From an uncultured Verrucomicrobiota bacterium (lineage in GTDB: Bacteria > Verrucomicrobiota > Kiritimatiellia > RFP12 > UBA1067): a stretch of 36,133 nucleotides of DNA. The notes under the pieces were generated by a model that saw only the letters and a program-made list of their open reading frames with translations, ran no database searches and was not told the origin of the DNA. This document shows, one piece after another, positions 20,201 to 28,000 of the stretch. The position numbers and the translations under genes were made by a program. The stretch's first letter is position 1; each line of letters begins with the position of its first letter. Where the stretch lies: contig CAMOIK010000002.1 in the NCBI GenBank assembly GCA_946615875.1, forward strand, positions 1-36,133. Direction: 5' to 3'.

Positions 20201-21399
20201 CGCGGCTCGCCGACCGCCACAGGGACCGTGACGTAGTCGATGATGCGCTCCATCGGCGCCCCGTTGCGGTAGTTGTAGTGCGGCCAGGCGCTGAGGACGA
20301 GATTGTTCGTCACGCCCTTCACCACGCCGAACACGGCGAAGTTGATGTCGTTCGTGGCTGTGACAGGGATGGTCGCCACCTGCACCTCGTTGGAGACTGG
20401 CTTGAGCGTGGACGTGTCCCAGCCGGTCTGCATCATGACCGGAGCGACGGTGACGCCCATGCTCTTCAAGGCCGCGGTGTTGGTCACCACGAGGCCGCTC
20501 TCGTCGGCGCTCCACACATACACGGGGACGCTCTTCGCGGGGCGGGACACGGCATACAGCGAAAGCGACGAATATTCGACCTCGCCCTCGTGGACGCTGC
20601 GCCACACGCCGGAATCGCTTCCAGAAGGAAACACCTCCCAGTTTGGGTCGAAGCCGATCGTCTGCACGTAGAAGCCAAGCGCCTCCGGCGAACCCGTGAG
20701 CTTGTCGCCGAGGCTCTGCCACTTCGACGTGCTCCAGCCGCTGGCGTCGGCGATATCGACGCAATCGTCGCCGTCCGGAGAGGAAATCACCCAGCGCACT
20801 TCGTCCGAGAGCCCGTCGGGCGCGAACGTGAATTTTTCGGATTCGATGCAGAGCTCCGCGCCGCAGCCCTCGAACTGGTCAGGGACGATCGCGTCGCCGC
20901 TGCGCGTCGCCAGGCGGATGGGCATCGCCAGATCGCCAGGCTCCGAATCATACTCGAACACGAGATCCGTGTATTCCTCGGTCTCGATGATGCCGCCGTC
21001 GATCAGCCTGGCCCACTTTGGCTCGCCGCTGCCGTCCGCGAACACTCCGAGGACGGGGCGATACTGCGCCCAGTCGAGCGCGACCTCCATGTAGTAGGCA
21101 TCTGTTCCAGGGGTGGAGCCGGGCTCGCAGCCGGCCTTGTAGGCCCGCTTCCAGCCGACATACTGGGCCGCACTGCCCACCATGGTGCGGTGGTTCCAGA
21201 GCCGGATGCGCACATACATCGCCTGTCCGACTCCGAACGGCGCATCGCTCGTCGTGTAGGCTTCGACCTGCGCGCCCGTCTTGTCGCATGGCACGATCGA
21301 CCATATGTCGCCCGTTGCCTTGGCGAAAGCGCTCAGGCCCGCACCGATGCAAAGTGCGGCTGCCGCTGCGGCTGCTGTCTTCTTCATGAGGTTTTTCAT
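8287..21399 (-). CDS. Giant secreted protein B (4370 aa): signal peptide, ~1300-aa beta-rich N-terminal region, dispersed thrombospondin type-3-like Ca-binding motifs, and a central LamG/concanavalin-like domain.
   Basis: One uninterrupted ORF. The start is trimmed from 21588 to MKNLMKKTAAAAAAALCIGAGLSAFA at 21399, with GGAAGGGG 7 nt upstream. The track's 63-codon extension is Arg/Pro-rich and overlaps the upstream gene. Domain evidence is given in the separate entries below. Confidence 0.85.
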   Translation of the reverse strand: MKNLMKKTAAAAAAALCIGAGLSAFAKATGDIWSIVPCDKTGAQVEAYTTSDAPFGVGQAMYVRIRLWNHRTMVGSAAQYVGWKRAYKAGCEPGSTPGTDAYYMEVALDWAQYRPVLGVFADGSGEPKWARLIDGGIIETEEYTDLVFEYDSEPGDLAMPIRLATRSGDAIVPDQFEGCGAELCIESEKFTFAPDGLSDEVRWVISSPDGDDCVDIADASGWSTSKWQSLGDKLTGSPEALGFYVQTIGFDPNWEVFPSGSDSGVWRSVHEGEVEYSSLSLYAVSRPAKSVPVYVWSADESGLVVTNTAALKSMGVTVAPVMMQTGWDTSTLKPVSNEVQVATIPVTATNDINFAVFGVVKGVTNNLVLSAWPHYNYRNGAPMERIIDYVTVPVAVGEPRETTLSVSGPATLTASSNRFECVACKLSLTPASKSAPNDISVTVTPSDGWQDCVFFSNKPTYDNSVPPAGGLDGLTSLEFTIKSGRTESDTFYIYGLGSVGGASVVTLTPSCTDPFVAGFSALPITIKTSIVAYPAWEEGELTPTKNLPCELEIGVGDAYADIQKGRTDGGYKLEVRLDAADAGTTITFEDLYLDADNILNVLDDATLAPPKVTFTSELQTNSAFRVTSPIGNKKTDWMPFSATVVPKDVSAEIVSGASDDGTVPAGGTMGINIHYPNFWNDSSYSTLYAYLVNTNDENLVSTMFTNSTPYVVTVCKDNAESAPTGYPVGSGKNDQLINIQALTAVNATFDVVLSTSPKWDATKVYGNAPSTELTIVVANASAEATAMWMYMDKTYEDPEDMDDDDDGIFSETVMYGTNRAFRVRVADADYDKSTNMVVKWTVRKQGATKDEMLNLDGAGKRVYRFTSSGDSKTVDDPDGWFSYTFGAATNYYVTAEVWDAHDYPGIDKEDDHPGSKIQKLVQVKGGSAITVLFNGGATGENAFDENVTTPQTVTVRLDDWTDEKDIVVELAVSRKSLTEEDPGKLPFGEATYSTADGTNYYRHTFRVGNYRDWELEVDLDSIDGVAKTASATKGFDITARVLTTDVLESRQMSANKYYLEGSLNKPVKIVNAAPEIDAALMTPFGATLTNVAKNVSIDWGYSDVNADMTATWKNTSYGTASDSASQEGTGILVVVRGVNVVTTNFFAGAKTTGTIVPSFVNGQAEAKLYFDFYDKDGGRSTSGEYYYPAQVTKILTTVANWPSGGNTYAKPLSMKYAMAAGVGYGHVFVSDATFVSSENFNLSWDCGTSSSTAMAYAFGYKADAVDDGQLDNKKDVWLTSEGAHAANATAPADPNEYYVYPDSLRDSFFYGWITASEPGGTEFAFSANPQMGSVVTSTKVALPTEQTETETGGSGKYAETYVEAVFAKEYNRHDNMGDINNDGIPDFYMFYPNWNGGPLKDTDDNAGELVAINSLNDDGDYYPAAADTTSTIVPGAVSGWATSGQAFTAVREIRGYHDGLNFGMFMARDEEYTAYRTGRATKYGWLSDLCMSEIEKKALLREVFERRDYLLKKLYTKGQLDNSWPICEEDELNLVTNLLATIHYRGAVNVTTSDGNNRLFYADRSYIDGNISSGIDRIVTNGDTGEDETVPTDAWLRTFTPIGATEPVVVTNYVNLVAYTNENDATDIHYLSPCDLYSFDQAEIGIWLDSENGNDLFDAQQKAAKDYITFTWRSHNANNVAWGFTVENRTDPTTDDTDGDGMPDGYEYYMWYAATVGTGTNQLVGSRFNLADLEDYSDAIAPKDIARIYNPNIAGSWTDTDTDNDGITDSEEFLIGTSPVHWDTDRDGLSDLYEVMYNSNPLAASKDNNGAANLDGDFMACWKADASDPLGAYTYIYTATNGTLWILDTAYTGYINTNKIAITVTGNGFEVKRFNGGFIVATEDTENYSKRYAKKRTIDFDPKAGIVTNTVTLYHHQVHNYFGFDPRTAWFRSDDGSVSKGKRWWSGGSLYTAGRAINTAPYTAIDEFLLLKFRYIVGLRNLADDQAKLAAKKTTIQAIISAGTTNPNKTFDEFSWGDSETKYKQSQHGADTDGDAVPDGWELYIGVNPNIDFNKRGDDEDKLYWNGSKIWPYSLGLYEGYSDGLSLVNEFAGTDSSAAYIDCPTIYAYHPSQTSADKPNPNYQWYNKFMPTDPRNKDTDGDGISDGTERSRSWSSDYTFNRWGQTIVTTVRHFAIYGDPSDGGGELCIPGGGMNPCTIDTDLDGLPDPWERQYAGLLFLNDDIVTTTTDEDGKNVDVFPSGTPLSGIYDDLRAAAQAHWGNYTNAEDKVYHILCGMDPTRADATSVPGIGFADNDWDGDGLQNWQEYMVQAMRHFRYDDPWTPLVGRDCPAFDEGTGTFVQGQWNGDKGFLRTSYIEPFTAKDYDTLVDAGYPNFAKIVKRYPNYLEMLGYFAAPPKAWDHAGVDLGNKYMLPPLRIRQRVMVANTPVQDRSLSGRLLWELRNGSTYATNIYNEDGNNYYVLYEGATATNWVVATPVMTLTTDAREVLTRQYRDESIDELEYVGTDPRLWDTDRDGMDDYYELFHGLNPILGSLGNRFGATANDVIARAHSTSTTLSAWCNAWVGWDNEDLPPNDPIRFPWMMGIAECDADGDGFRNYEEAILANVTSPDSAHTDPSPLWMTDSTVPSLDPIVGMDEIVSTNYLSYMGQPVYDIDENGEFVRAISGITTNLVTNATYQVAGSPSYTTLYYQNEILNPLNEQVFTSILGTEIAFTPYYSLREAWNCYNHDYIASFEQNEGYDTDNDWRTDSGEVKSLSRKNSDPLDFSDPARRQSVWFGGKDAPGAAISYKPITRNMNGTDLFRQFTVEAWIKPDESENGQDQYIVSRASRYGAWDLESHDEHGSSSNSVIRMCFALGIDASGHVFAETQNTTELSSRVTGDKVVDGEWVHIAATYDGKKLRLYRNGRFETSADTTLIPANGVTIIVQNPQGYADFPYDMYRIVRSVTIMGGRANGDGAFGHEQAAASADWSDIATDFYKGRVAEVRTWDGARSEADISGSYNKSFSVDDVKSLRLEVFGKWCEGARRNDNLGSDTEQLPPELIQYYNMSTLPNATDAQYVRTEPTGFAANVLGNVRNPDNPSADIGDSLKVGWWAAIQQSPVANTVYTSKHVVPWMENMVAHLPKLCGSVSDSVYWSENYAGYTPSTFQDSDSFAFPNTMNPYNSNVTTYEDEYLYNKYANMFWHDGGGSLSINNRTVVTNSVISAAFYRQFLFDYRLGFEGTSDLVPVGSAFAKRADSYWDGQGAETAWQETGADANANDLPDWWEEYARANYGAPADLAADTEIERNGALMSAYEAYIRDLAKGMLPAKEFLDEYVNREDFDKNGLPDWWTDIYGVKGAAADDDDNDGLSNFTEFLLSEYFKFEVAFSPVKAKSVSPYDSDYFFKIGQLYAGEVFTDHDFMEDVWEDAQGVPYVSRYAWDADLDKDEDGWSNYAERRYSQFTTSILAPVISHINSDDERKDMPIPTLKVTLRYNGDQPLVAPSEGDGEGGGESNEYNNQLNNAVGSIVVQTFTKQGLVVPDASYTLLPGVDALRYFDLGSVSGEIRQGSLAPGYIKAGDVELLVLQEANSRVYQWTIYGVRVRKGTYETYLADVNKYGRGNVWLLDYEAEWRTLKGISVIQSGNSSQATLALNGATIGTINVVTGEFTLDTSKLYGAEDESGNTIDIDVAQFRFHYIARIPTLQANKLELYLGEANKGYVKEGKNTIVAFYDLDGDGKYTYGEPMGSTVADVGWHQGVAEIELTDTSPIITRVDLLQASSDRKAMYGSSDGDEAALVAGELSGGKYERVRVVRTLVNGSGIDTLEMENRVIFDKVINLDQRSYLYEGDVLENGAFDIDWDYFQSEVMGSEKLVASGIDPTEVTYRIVLGNGSIALNTTNNLYTIATVRHFDSDDYRTVPVPQTPGSQQSAVFGSRPTFRWTMKIDNEAAGTQIDSNSYTAFKLQVRDGNTVVYDSGVRRAPARDLNGVYTFTPDVYAGDLLDPSKNYSWRVTMYNTKFRSDYWSANANNTFRMNALTNSMGTVKVCAKYFGPASVLNAGEVRIEAFDTPDFSGDPVARTYVRTKASVSATNAVHDVNATLIGLMPGKYYVRGYIDMNSYGTTRRKDAWESWGYVCKRDGAAKDIFTPSTIVIDDTMGLGDTFDLYIEDADTNGNCLPDAWEMVQNRGRLDNGTENLNDTLDSGVEINRTLSGNLQNQQNGSPAVGGLAAYVFSVINNAGIAALATDADTSGHSSYLLAVKDAMDGTVTTANATNVTFSAIGADEATVTLSARGSAKVLQTSGSGVAVSSRARGLYTSTGASDTPDLYGEVEYVTDLTGLTESSWKSAGVDEVPIYVKDDDTFETGEFVVPKPKDAGEKCFFRIRIKN
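12380..13090 (-). other. LamG (Laminin_G_3 / concanavalin A-like) domain inside giant protein B.
   Basis: Translation: SVWFGG...FRQFTVEAWIKPDESENGQDQYIVSRAS...GEWVHIAATYDGKKLRLYRNGRF...GRVAEVRTWDGARSEADI. The 'W.H.A.tYDG..l.lY.nG' and 'de.r.w' signatures are typical of this family. Confidence 0.75.
13140..16320 (-). repeat. Region of giant B with dispersed TSP3-like DxDxDGxxDxxE motifs (10 copies here; about 7 more at ~17240-17280, 11080-11640, 10220-10265 and 8905-8955).
   Basis: Examples: DTDGDGMPDGYE, DTDNDGITDSEE, DTDRDGLSDLYE, DTDGDAVPDGWE, DTDGDGISDGTE, DTDLDGLPDPWE, DWDGDGLQNWQE, DTDRDGMDDYYE, DADGDGFRNYEE, DTDNDWRTDSGE. These are protein-level motif repeats, not DNA tandem repeats. 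Confidence 0.7.
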
Positions 21400-21430
21400 T
21401 GTGTTTCCCCTTCCCTGTTTAGAAATGGTG

Positions 21431-22012
21431 CTACTTGCCGCCCAGGCTGCGCAGAGTCTGTTCGGCGGTGTTGTGGTTTTCCGCAAGCTTTTTGACGAGC
21501 GCGTCCAGCTCGGCCTTGAGCGCCGCCTTCCTGTCTTCGCCGGCCCCCTCGGCCTCGGCGTCGGCCAGCCGCTTCTTGGCCGCTTCAATTTCCGCCATTG
21601 TCGCCGCCTCCCTGGCGCGGTATTCGTCCAGCGTCTTGACGTGTTCGGGATGCTGCTCCTTCCAGAGTTCGCGGCGCAGGTTGTCGCGCATCCTGGCGCG
21701 GTCCAGTTCGAGATTCTTCTCCGCCTCGGCCACCGCGTCCTCCAGCTCCTTGATTATCTCCGGCTCCAGCTTCGCCTCCTTCGCCTCCTCCAGGTTCTGG
21801 CGGGCGCGGGCGATTTCGCCCATCGTCTTGCGCTGGGCGGCCTTTTCGTTTTCGAGCATCTTGAGATACTCCGGATTCTTCATGCGGTCGTAGATGGCCG
21901 TCTCCGGCTCGGCGGCGGATTCGCCGCGCCGCATCCAAAGGGCCGCCAGGATCGCGGCGGCGACGGCGGCCGCGGCGACGACGAGCAGAACTATCTTTGT
22001 TTTCCTTGACAT
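21431..22012 (-). CDS. Single-pass membrane protein with a long Glu/Lys/Ala-rich coiled coil (193 aa), between the two giant genes.
   Basis: The preferred start is MSRKTKIVLLVVAAAAVAAAILAALW at 22012, with AGGA about 10 nt upstream. An alternative ATG at 22054 would add 14 polar residues. The remainder is heptad-like (EEAKEAKLEPEIIKELEDAVAEAEKNLELDRARM...). I recognise no family. Confidence 0.7.
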   Translation of the reverse strand: MSRKTKIVLLVVAAAAVAAAILAALWMRRGESAAEPETAIYDRMKNPEYLKMLENEKAAQRKTMGEIARARQNLEEAKEAKLEPEIIKELEDAVAEAEKNLELDRARMRDNLRRELWKEQHPEHVKTLDEYRAREAATMAEIEAAKKRLADAEAEGAGEDRKAALKAELDALVKKLAENHNTAEQTLRSLGGK

Positions 22013-22055
22013 TTCCGTATCCTGGGATCTGTGATGTTGCTTTTTCGCCGCCACG

Positions 22056-25000
22056 TCAATACAAGACCTCCTCGAACGTGTTCGTCTTGAACAGCAGCTG
22101 CGGGCCCGTTACGTCGGTGGCGTCGTTGATTGTCCAGTAGTAGAAGGGATGGTCGGAGGGATTCTCGATGAGCCAGTTGCGCCACTGCTCGTAGGCCGGC
22201 GACGACTCCGGCGCCTTGCAGTCGAGCACCTCCACCACCGCCTGGAAATCGTCGTCGAACGATCCCCTGTAGAACACGAACTTCCTCAGGGCGAGCCAGT
22301 AGGAGCGCGGATCGGTGCCCATCAGCGACATCAGCTTGCCCTGTATCTTGAACGTCGCGTTCGTCCAGGCGGATTTCATGCCGCCGTCCACGTAGCCCCA
22401 CGACGTGCCGTCGATGTCGGGCTGCATTCCCTGTAGGATGTACGGCGCCCACGCCTTCTTCCCGCCGACGGAGTAGGAGGAGTTTTCGTTGGCGTTGGTG
22501 ATGTACATCTTGACCGTCAGCAAGGTGTTTTCAAGCTCTTCGCCGGTCTTCTTGCGGATGCGGACGATCGGGCTGACATCCGATATTCCGCCGACGAGCC
22601 ACATGTTGGATGTCGTCGGGGGGATGTCCAGCCAATACATCTGCGTCAGCGTCAGCGGGCCGGTGTACGTCCCGCCGAGCGAATGGAACTCCGCCATGTA
22701 GAGTTCGTCGCTCTCGTCCCACGCGTCGCCGTAGGCGTTCTCGCTGTTGGCGAGCCAGTCCACGATCGCCTCGCGGTAGCGGTTGCCGGAGCCTATGAGG
22801 GCGGCGACGCGGTCGTCAAGCTCCGCGTGCGCGGTCACGGTCACGCTGCCCTCGACGTTGGTGCCCACGTTCACGCGCCACTCGTTGCCGGAGCCGCCGT
22901 AGATCTTGCTGGCGTATGTGGTGTTGGTCACGGACGAACCCGTCTCCGCCCACGTCACGCCGCGCACCACGTGCCACTTGGGGACGCGATAGACGATGTT
23001 GGTGCCCACGCTGCGCTGCACGTACATCGTGATGTCGTTCGCGGTCCACAACTCGCCCGCCTCGTCCGGCTCGCCCTCCGGGTCCCACTGTTCGATGCGC
23101 CCGCCCGTCAATGTCGAGAAGATCAGCCGGCTCATGCCGCCCGGGCTCGGCGGCGTCCCCTCGATCGTCTGGCCGATGTTGAGGCGGCCAGGCGTGCGGC
23201 CCACGCCGTTCGTCCAGCAGGAGAACGTGCCGTTCGTCCAGCAGGCGTAGGAGCCGCCGACGTTCGTCACCACGCTGAGGGAATTGGTGATTATGCCGTT
23301 GAGCGTGTTGTCGTCCGTGCCGATGTACAGGAACTCCGCGTCGCCGATGAGATGGTTGAGGTTCGTGGCCATGACCTCTGGATAGAACGCCTTGGCGTAT
23401 TCCGTGTCGAACTGCGCGAAGTAGTTGGTGCCTATCGCCACCACCTCGGACTCCAGAATGCCTTTCGGGCGGACGAGCTGCACCGCGATCGGATAGAACG
23501 GGGATATTTCGCCGCGCGCGTAAACGACGGTGGAGCCGTCGAACGTCCATACGCCGTCGAGCGTGCCGTCCGTGTATTTCAGCAAACCGCCCGCGCTATC
23601 CTGGGAATAAGGCGAACCGATCACGCGGAACGTCATGCCGTATTTGGTGTTCACGTAGCGGTCCTTGACGCCGGAAAGCCCGTTCGTGCCGAACACGGCG
23701 GCGACGTTGGTCACCACCTCTTCGCCACTCACCGCCAGCATCTGCAGCTGCCATCCCGTGAGGTCGGCGCCGGCCGGGGCGGCGATCTCCACGTACTGGC
23801 ATTTCGCGTCGGTGTTGTCGTAGCCGTCCATCGCGCCGAGTATGTTCACCTCGTTTATCCACGCCCAGTGCGGAGCCACGGTGTCCAGTATCGTATAGGC
23901 GGAGAAGTCGGCGCCGCTCTCCCCGCCCTTGTCCCTGTTGTAGTCGAGCGGCCTGTACCATTCTGGCGTGTTCCAGTCGGCGGAGGTCAGGAAGTTTGTG
24001 GAGGGAATGCTCTCGCCAGCGTCGTTGTACTGGTTGTAGCGCACTTCCAGCATATACTGGACCACAGTGCCGGGCGTGCGCGATTCCGGGACGATCGTGT
24101 CGGAACCCTTCTGGTAGCTGGAGCGGAACACGAAATTGGTCACTTCGCTATCCTCTGGAATCTCGGCGCGCATCAACTCGACCGAATGTGCGGCGGAGTT
24201 CGTCCGCCAGTTGTTGAAGCCCCACACGTCCTCGCCAGAATACCAGTGCAGTATCACCTTCGGAGGATTCGACTCGGAAGCGAAATCTATCTTGTCCGGC
24301 AACTGCGCCTTGTAGATTTCGCACTGCACGCCCCATCCTTCCTTGCACAGCGGCTGTTCGGCTTCGCTCGGCACGTTCGGCACCTCGTATATGCCGTTCA
24401 TGTCGCTGCGGAACGCACCCACCCCGCGGAAGCCCACGCGAGGGCGGATCGCCTCGGTCACCGAGACTTCGTCGAGCAGCACGCGCATCGGCGCTTCACC
24501 GTCCCACTTCTGGGAATCGCCGGCGGCGGAATCGTCGTATTCGGAAGCTTCCTCCACGCCTTCCACGCCGCGCACGACGAGACGGAAGGCCCTGTAGGTC
24601 TCGCTCGCCGAAGTAGTGTAGGAGAAGTTTTCGTAGAGGTTGGTGGTGACCGCGAAATCCTTAAGCCAGATCCACTTGCCCTTATCTTCGCCGTCCTGCG
24701 ACCCATATAGCGCGACGTAGGCCGGGCGCTCGTCGGCGGCGTTGTATTTGCGCGCCTTGAACGTGACGCCGCCCACGATGTTCGTCCCGAACGTCGGCGT
24801 CTGCACGAACGGCAGATGGCGGGTGTATTCGTCGTATTCGTCGCCGTCGATATCCGCCGAAACGGAATTGTTGAGCGCGAGGGCGAGTCCCGGCGCCAAA
24901 GGCTCGGAAATGTCGGAGAGCAGCATCCTCTTCTCGGAATCCTCCGGGTCGCCGAGCGTCCTCACGTTCCAGCCCCACCACGAGCGGTAGTCTATCTCCG

Positions 25001-28000
25001 GCTCGTCGCGCACGGTCACGCTGTCTATGTAGATGTCGCCGAACGCTTTCTCGTCCGTGGAATCCGCCACCTCGGCCACGAGAGCGTCATCGACGCTTAT
25101 CCTGACAAGGCCGTGGACGCCGTGATATCCGAAGTAGCAGCTGCGGACGCCGCTTTCGCCGTTCGTGAAGGTGAGCGTCTCCACCGTCTGCCAGTCGCCG
25201 GCCTTCGTCCAGGCGTAGGAATAGGCGTCGCCTTGCGTGATGTTCGTCGCATTCGTCAGCACCTGGACGCAAAGCCTGGCGTTCGCCTGCGCCCCGTGGA
25301 AGCGGAAGGATATCTGGCCGATGCCCTTCCCTGCGCGGTATCCGTCGGAATACTCCCAGCCATCCATCAGCGGCGAGACGATGGAGGCCACGCCGTCGGT
25401 GGACGTGCGGCGAGCGGAAAGCAGCACGGTGCGGCCCGGCGTGTCGCCGCCGTCGTCCCAGTCCTGCACCCATGCCGACGTGAACGTGAAGTTGGTGTAT
25501 GCGTAGCGCGAAACGTCGCGCGTCGGCTTGTTCGTGACCACCTCGCGGCCGAGCTCGCTCCAGTCGGCGCCGCGCCACTGCGTCAATTCGATGTTGTCGA
25601 TGACGACCTCGGCGGGATTGTCCTCCTCGATGACGCGAATCTGCACCGAGCAATCGTCCGTCTTGCGCAACTGGACCGCGTGGGGCTGCGTGAGGAAGGA
25701 AGCCACCTCCATCGTCGCCACGGGCTCGTCGTCGAAGGCCGTCGAACCAGCCTGTCCCAGGAACACGCCCAGCGTCTGCGCCGGCGCGATCGCCCGCAGG
25801 GCGTTTCGCTTGGACGGGCCGAGTATCTCCGCCATCATGCGCCCCGGCGCGATCGCCCACTCTTCATAGTCGCACGGCATGCCCGCATCGTCGGAGATCA
25901 GGCCGTTCAGCGCATAGTTCGGGCCGTATGCGGAGCTTGGGAACTTGGCCGTCGTGCTGCTGTATGCCGCCATGCCCGACAGACTTCCTCCATCCACGCC
26001 GCCCGAGGAGCCGCCGCTGCGCGTCAACGGATGCGTGTAGTAGCGCGGCCGGTAGAACAGCGCCGGGCAGTTCGCGGAGATGACGCCAGCCGTGCCTTTC
26101 GTCAACGCCGCGCCGCCCGCCGACGCGCCGGTGTCTGTGAATTCCACCCAGTTGCAGGTGACGTCGCTGCCGCTTTCCGCGTCGCCTCCGTAGGTCGCGG
26201 TTTTGCTCGTCTTGATCGCGCCGACGACCTTGACCGAGGTTTCGGTGAGATTCGTCACGGAGATGGCGAGCTTCGCCCACTCGGTGGCGCTGCCGGTCAG
26301 GCCCGAATTCGCGGAAATGCCGGACCAGTGCGCCGATCCCAGGAAGAAGCTCTTCATCTTGCTGCCGGACTTCGCCCACTTCCAGAGCTGCAGATAGCCC
26401 ACGTTCGCCTGTCTTTGGACATAGCGCAGCTCGTAGCATCCCTTGGTCGGACGGTAGTTGGCGACGAGCGACACCGAATACGCGCCTTCCAGCGTGCCGT
26501 TGGTGATTGCGGATACGCCAGAGACGAACGTGTAGTTCTTGAGCGCCGTCATGCCGTCCTCGTCGGAATAGCAGATGTCGTCCCACTCGATGGAGTTCGC
26601 CTGCCTGGCGGTGAAGGAGAGCGTGTCGATACCGCGAGGCTGCGTAGCCCCGCTCGTGACGTATTCGATAGAGCCAAGTCCGTCGCCGCGCATCTGCAGG
26701 GCGTATGCCTTGGACGCTGGATCGTCGTATTTCTCGTAGATGTATTTCGCGTAATTGGCCGTCCAGCCGTTGAGCGTGGTCGCCGTCTTGAAGAAATTGG
26801 TGCTCACTTCGGTCGTCGTGGAAAACGACTCCTTCCAGTATGCCGAGCCGGCGGGCATCGCATTCCATTCGGAGGCGAAGTCGGAGGCAAAAGTCTGTTT
26901 CGCGCCCGACGTGCCGATGGCGGGTCCGCCGTCGAGTTCGTTGAATGCGCCCACGAACGTGCCGCTCGCGCTGACGGCGTCGGTCCATTCGTTGAAGTTC
27001 TGGTAGTCGGCGTGGACGACCGTGATGGAGCGCCCCGACTCTTCCGCCTGGAAAAGCAGGTAGCCCGTCTTGGCGTCTATCGGTATCTCGCACCAGTCGT
27101 TTTCGCCGAACTCGTCCCTTTCGCCGTATGTCGCCGTCAGCACCCCCTGGCCGCCTTCACCGTCGGTGGCGACCGCCTCAACCGCGAAAAGGACGGTGTT
27201 CGTCGCCCACTGGCGCGATCCGTCCGTCTGGCGGTTCACGCCTTCCAGGCGGAACTTGACCGTGCCCGTCTCGTTCGTAGGCGTCTTCAGGTAGCAGCGC
27301 CACGTGGCCTCGTCGGCAAGCGTCGCGTAGTGCGTGTTCGTCGCGCCGTTGCCATCGACGATCGTCACGGCGAACTTCTCCCATGCGCTCGAACCGTCGC
27401 GCAGCCTCACGAACCAATCCGTGCCGAGGGTCTTGCCGAAGACGCTGGCGTTCCCACAGCGGTTCGTGACGGCTTTCACCTCTTCCGTGTAGCCGGGCGT
27501 GCCGATGTCCAGCCCGGAATAGTCGCAATAAACGTAGAACGGCGCCGCCTGCACCACCTCGGTCCAGAACTCTATGTCGCCGGAACGCCGGGGCACGTCG
27601 AGCGGAGCCGTCGAACGGAAGCCGGCGTTGCGCGCGAGCGGCACGCTCTTCCATTCGTTTTCCCCCGCCGGATCAAACGCGTGGGAAAGATTGCGCCAAC
27701 GGTAGAACATCGTCGCGGACACGACCATGTTGCTGCCGCCATCCGTGACCTGCTGCAGCGAATTCGTGTAGAACTCGCCCTCCATGCGGGCATAGATCGC
27801 CCTGCTCGCGACCGACGGAAACGCCGGCTCGAAGGCTCCGCTCCATCCAGTCGTCTGCCGACCGCCCTTCGCCGCGTCGAAATTCCCCAACGGCTTCAAA
27901 TCGACCCTCATCGGCGGCGGCGTCACCTGTATGTTGTCGATCAAAATGAAGCCGCCTTCGTCAAGCGCGAAACCGCCGCTGCCTTTCGTAGGCGGCGCGG

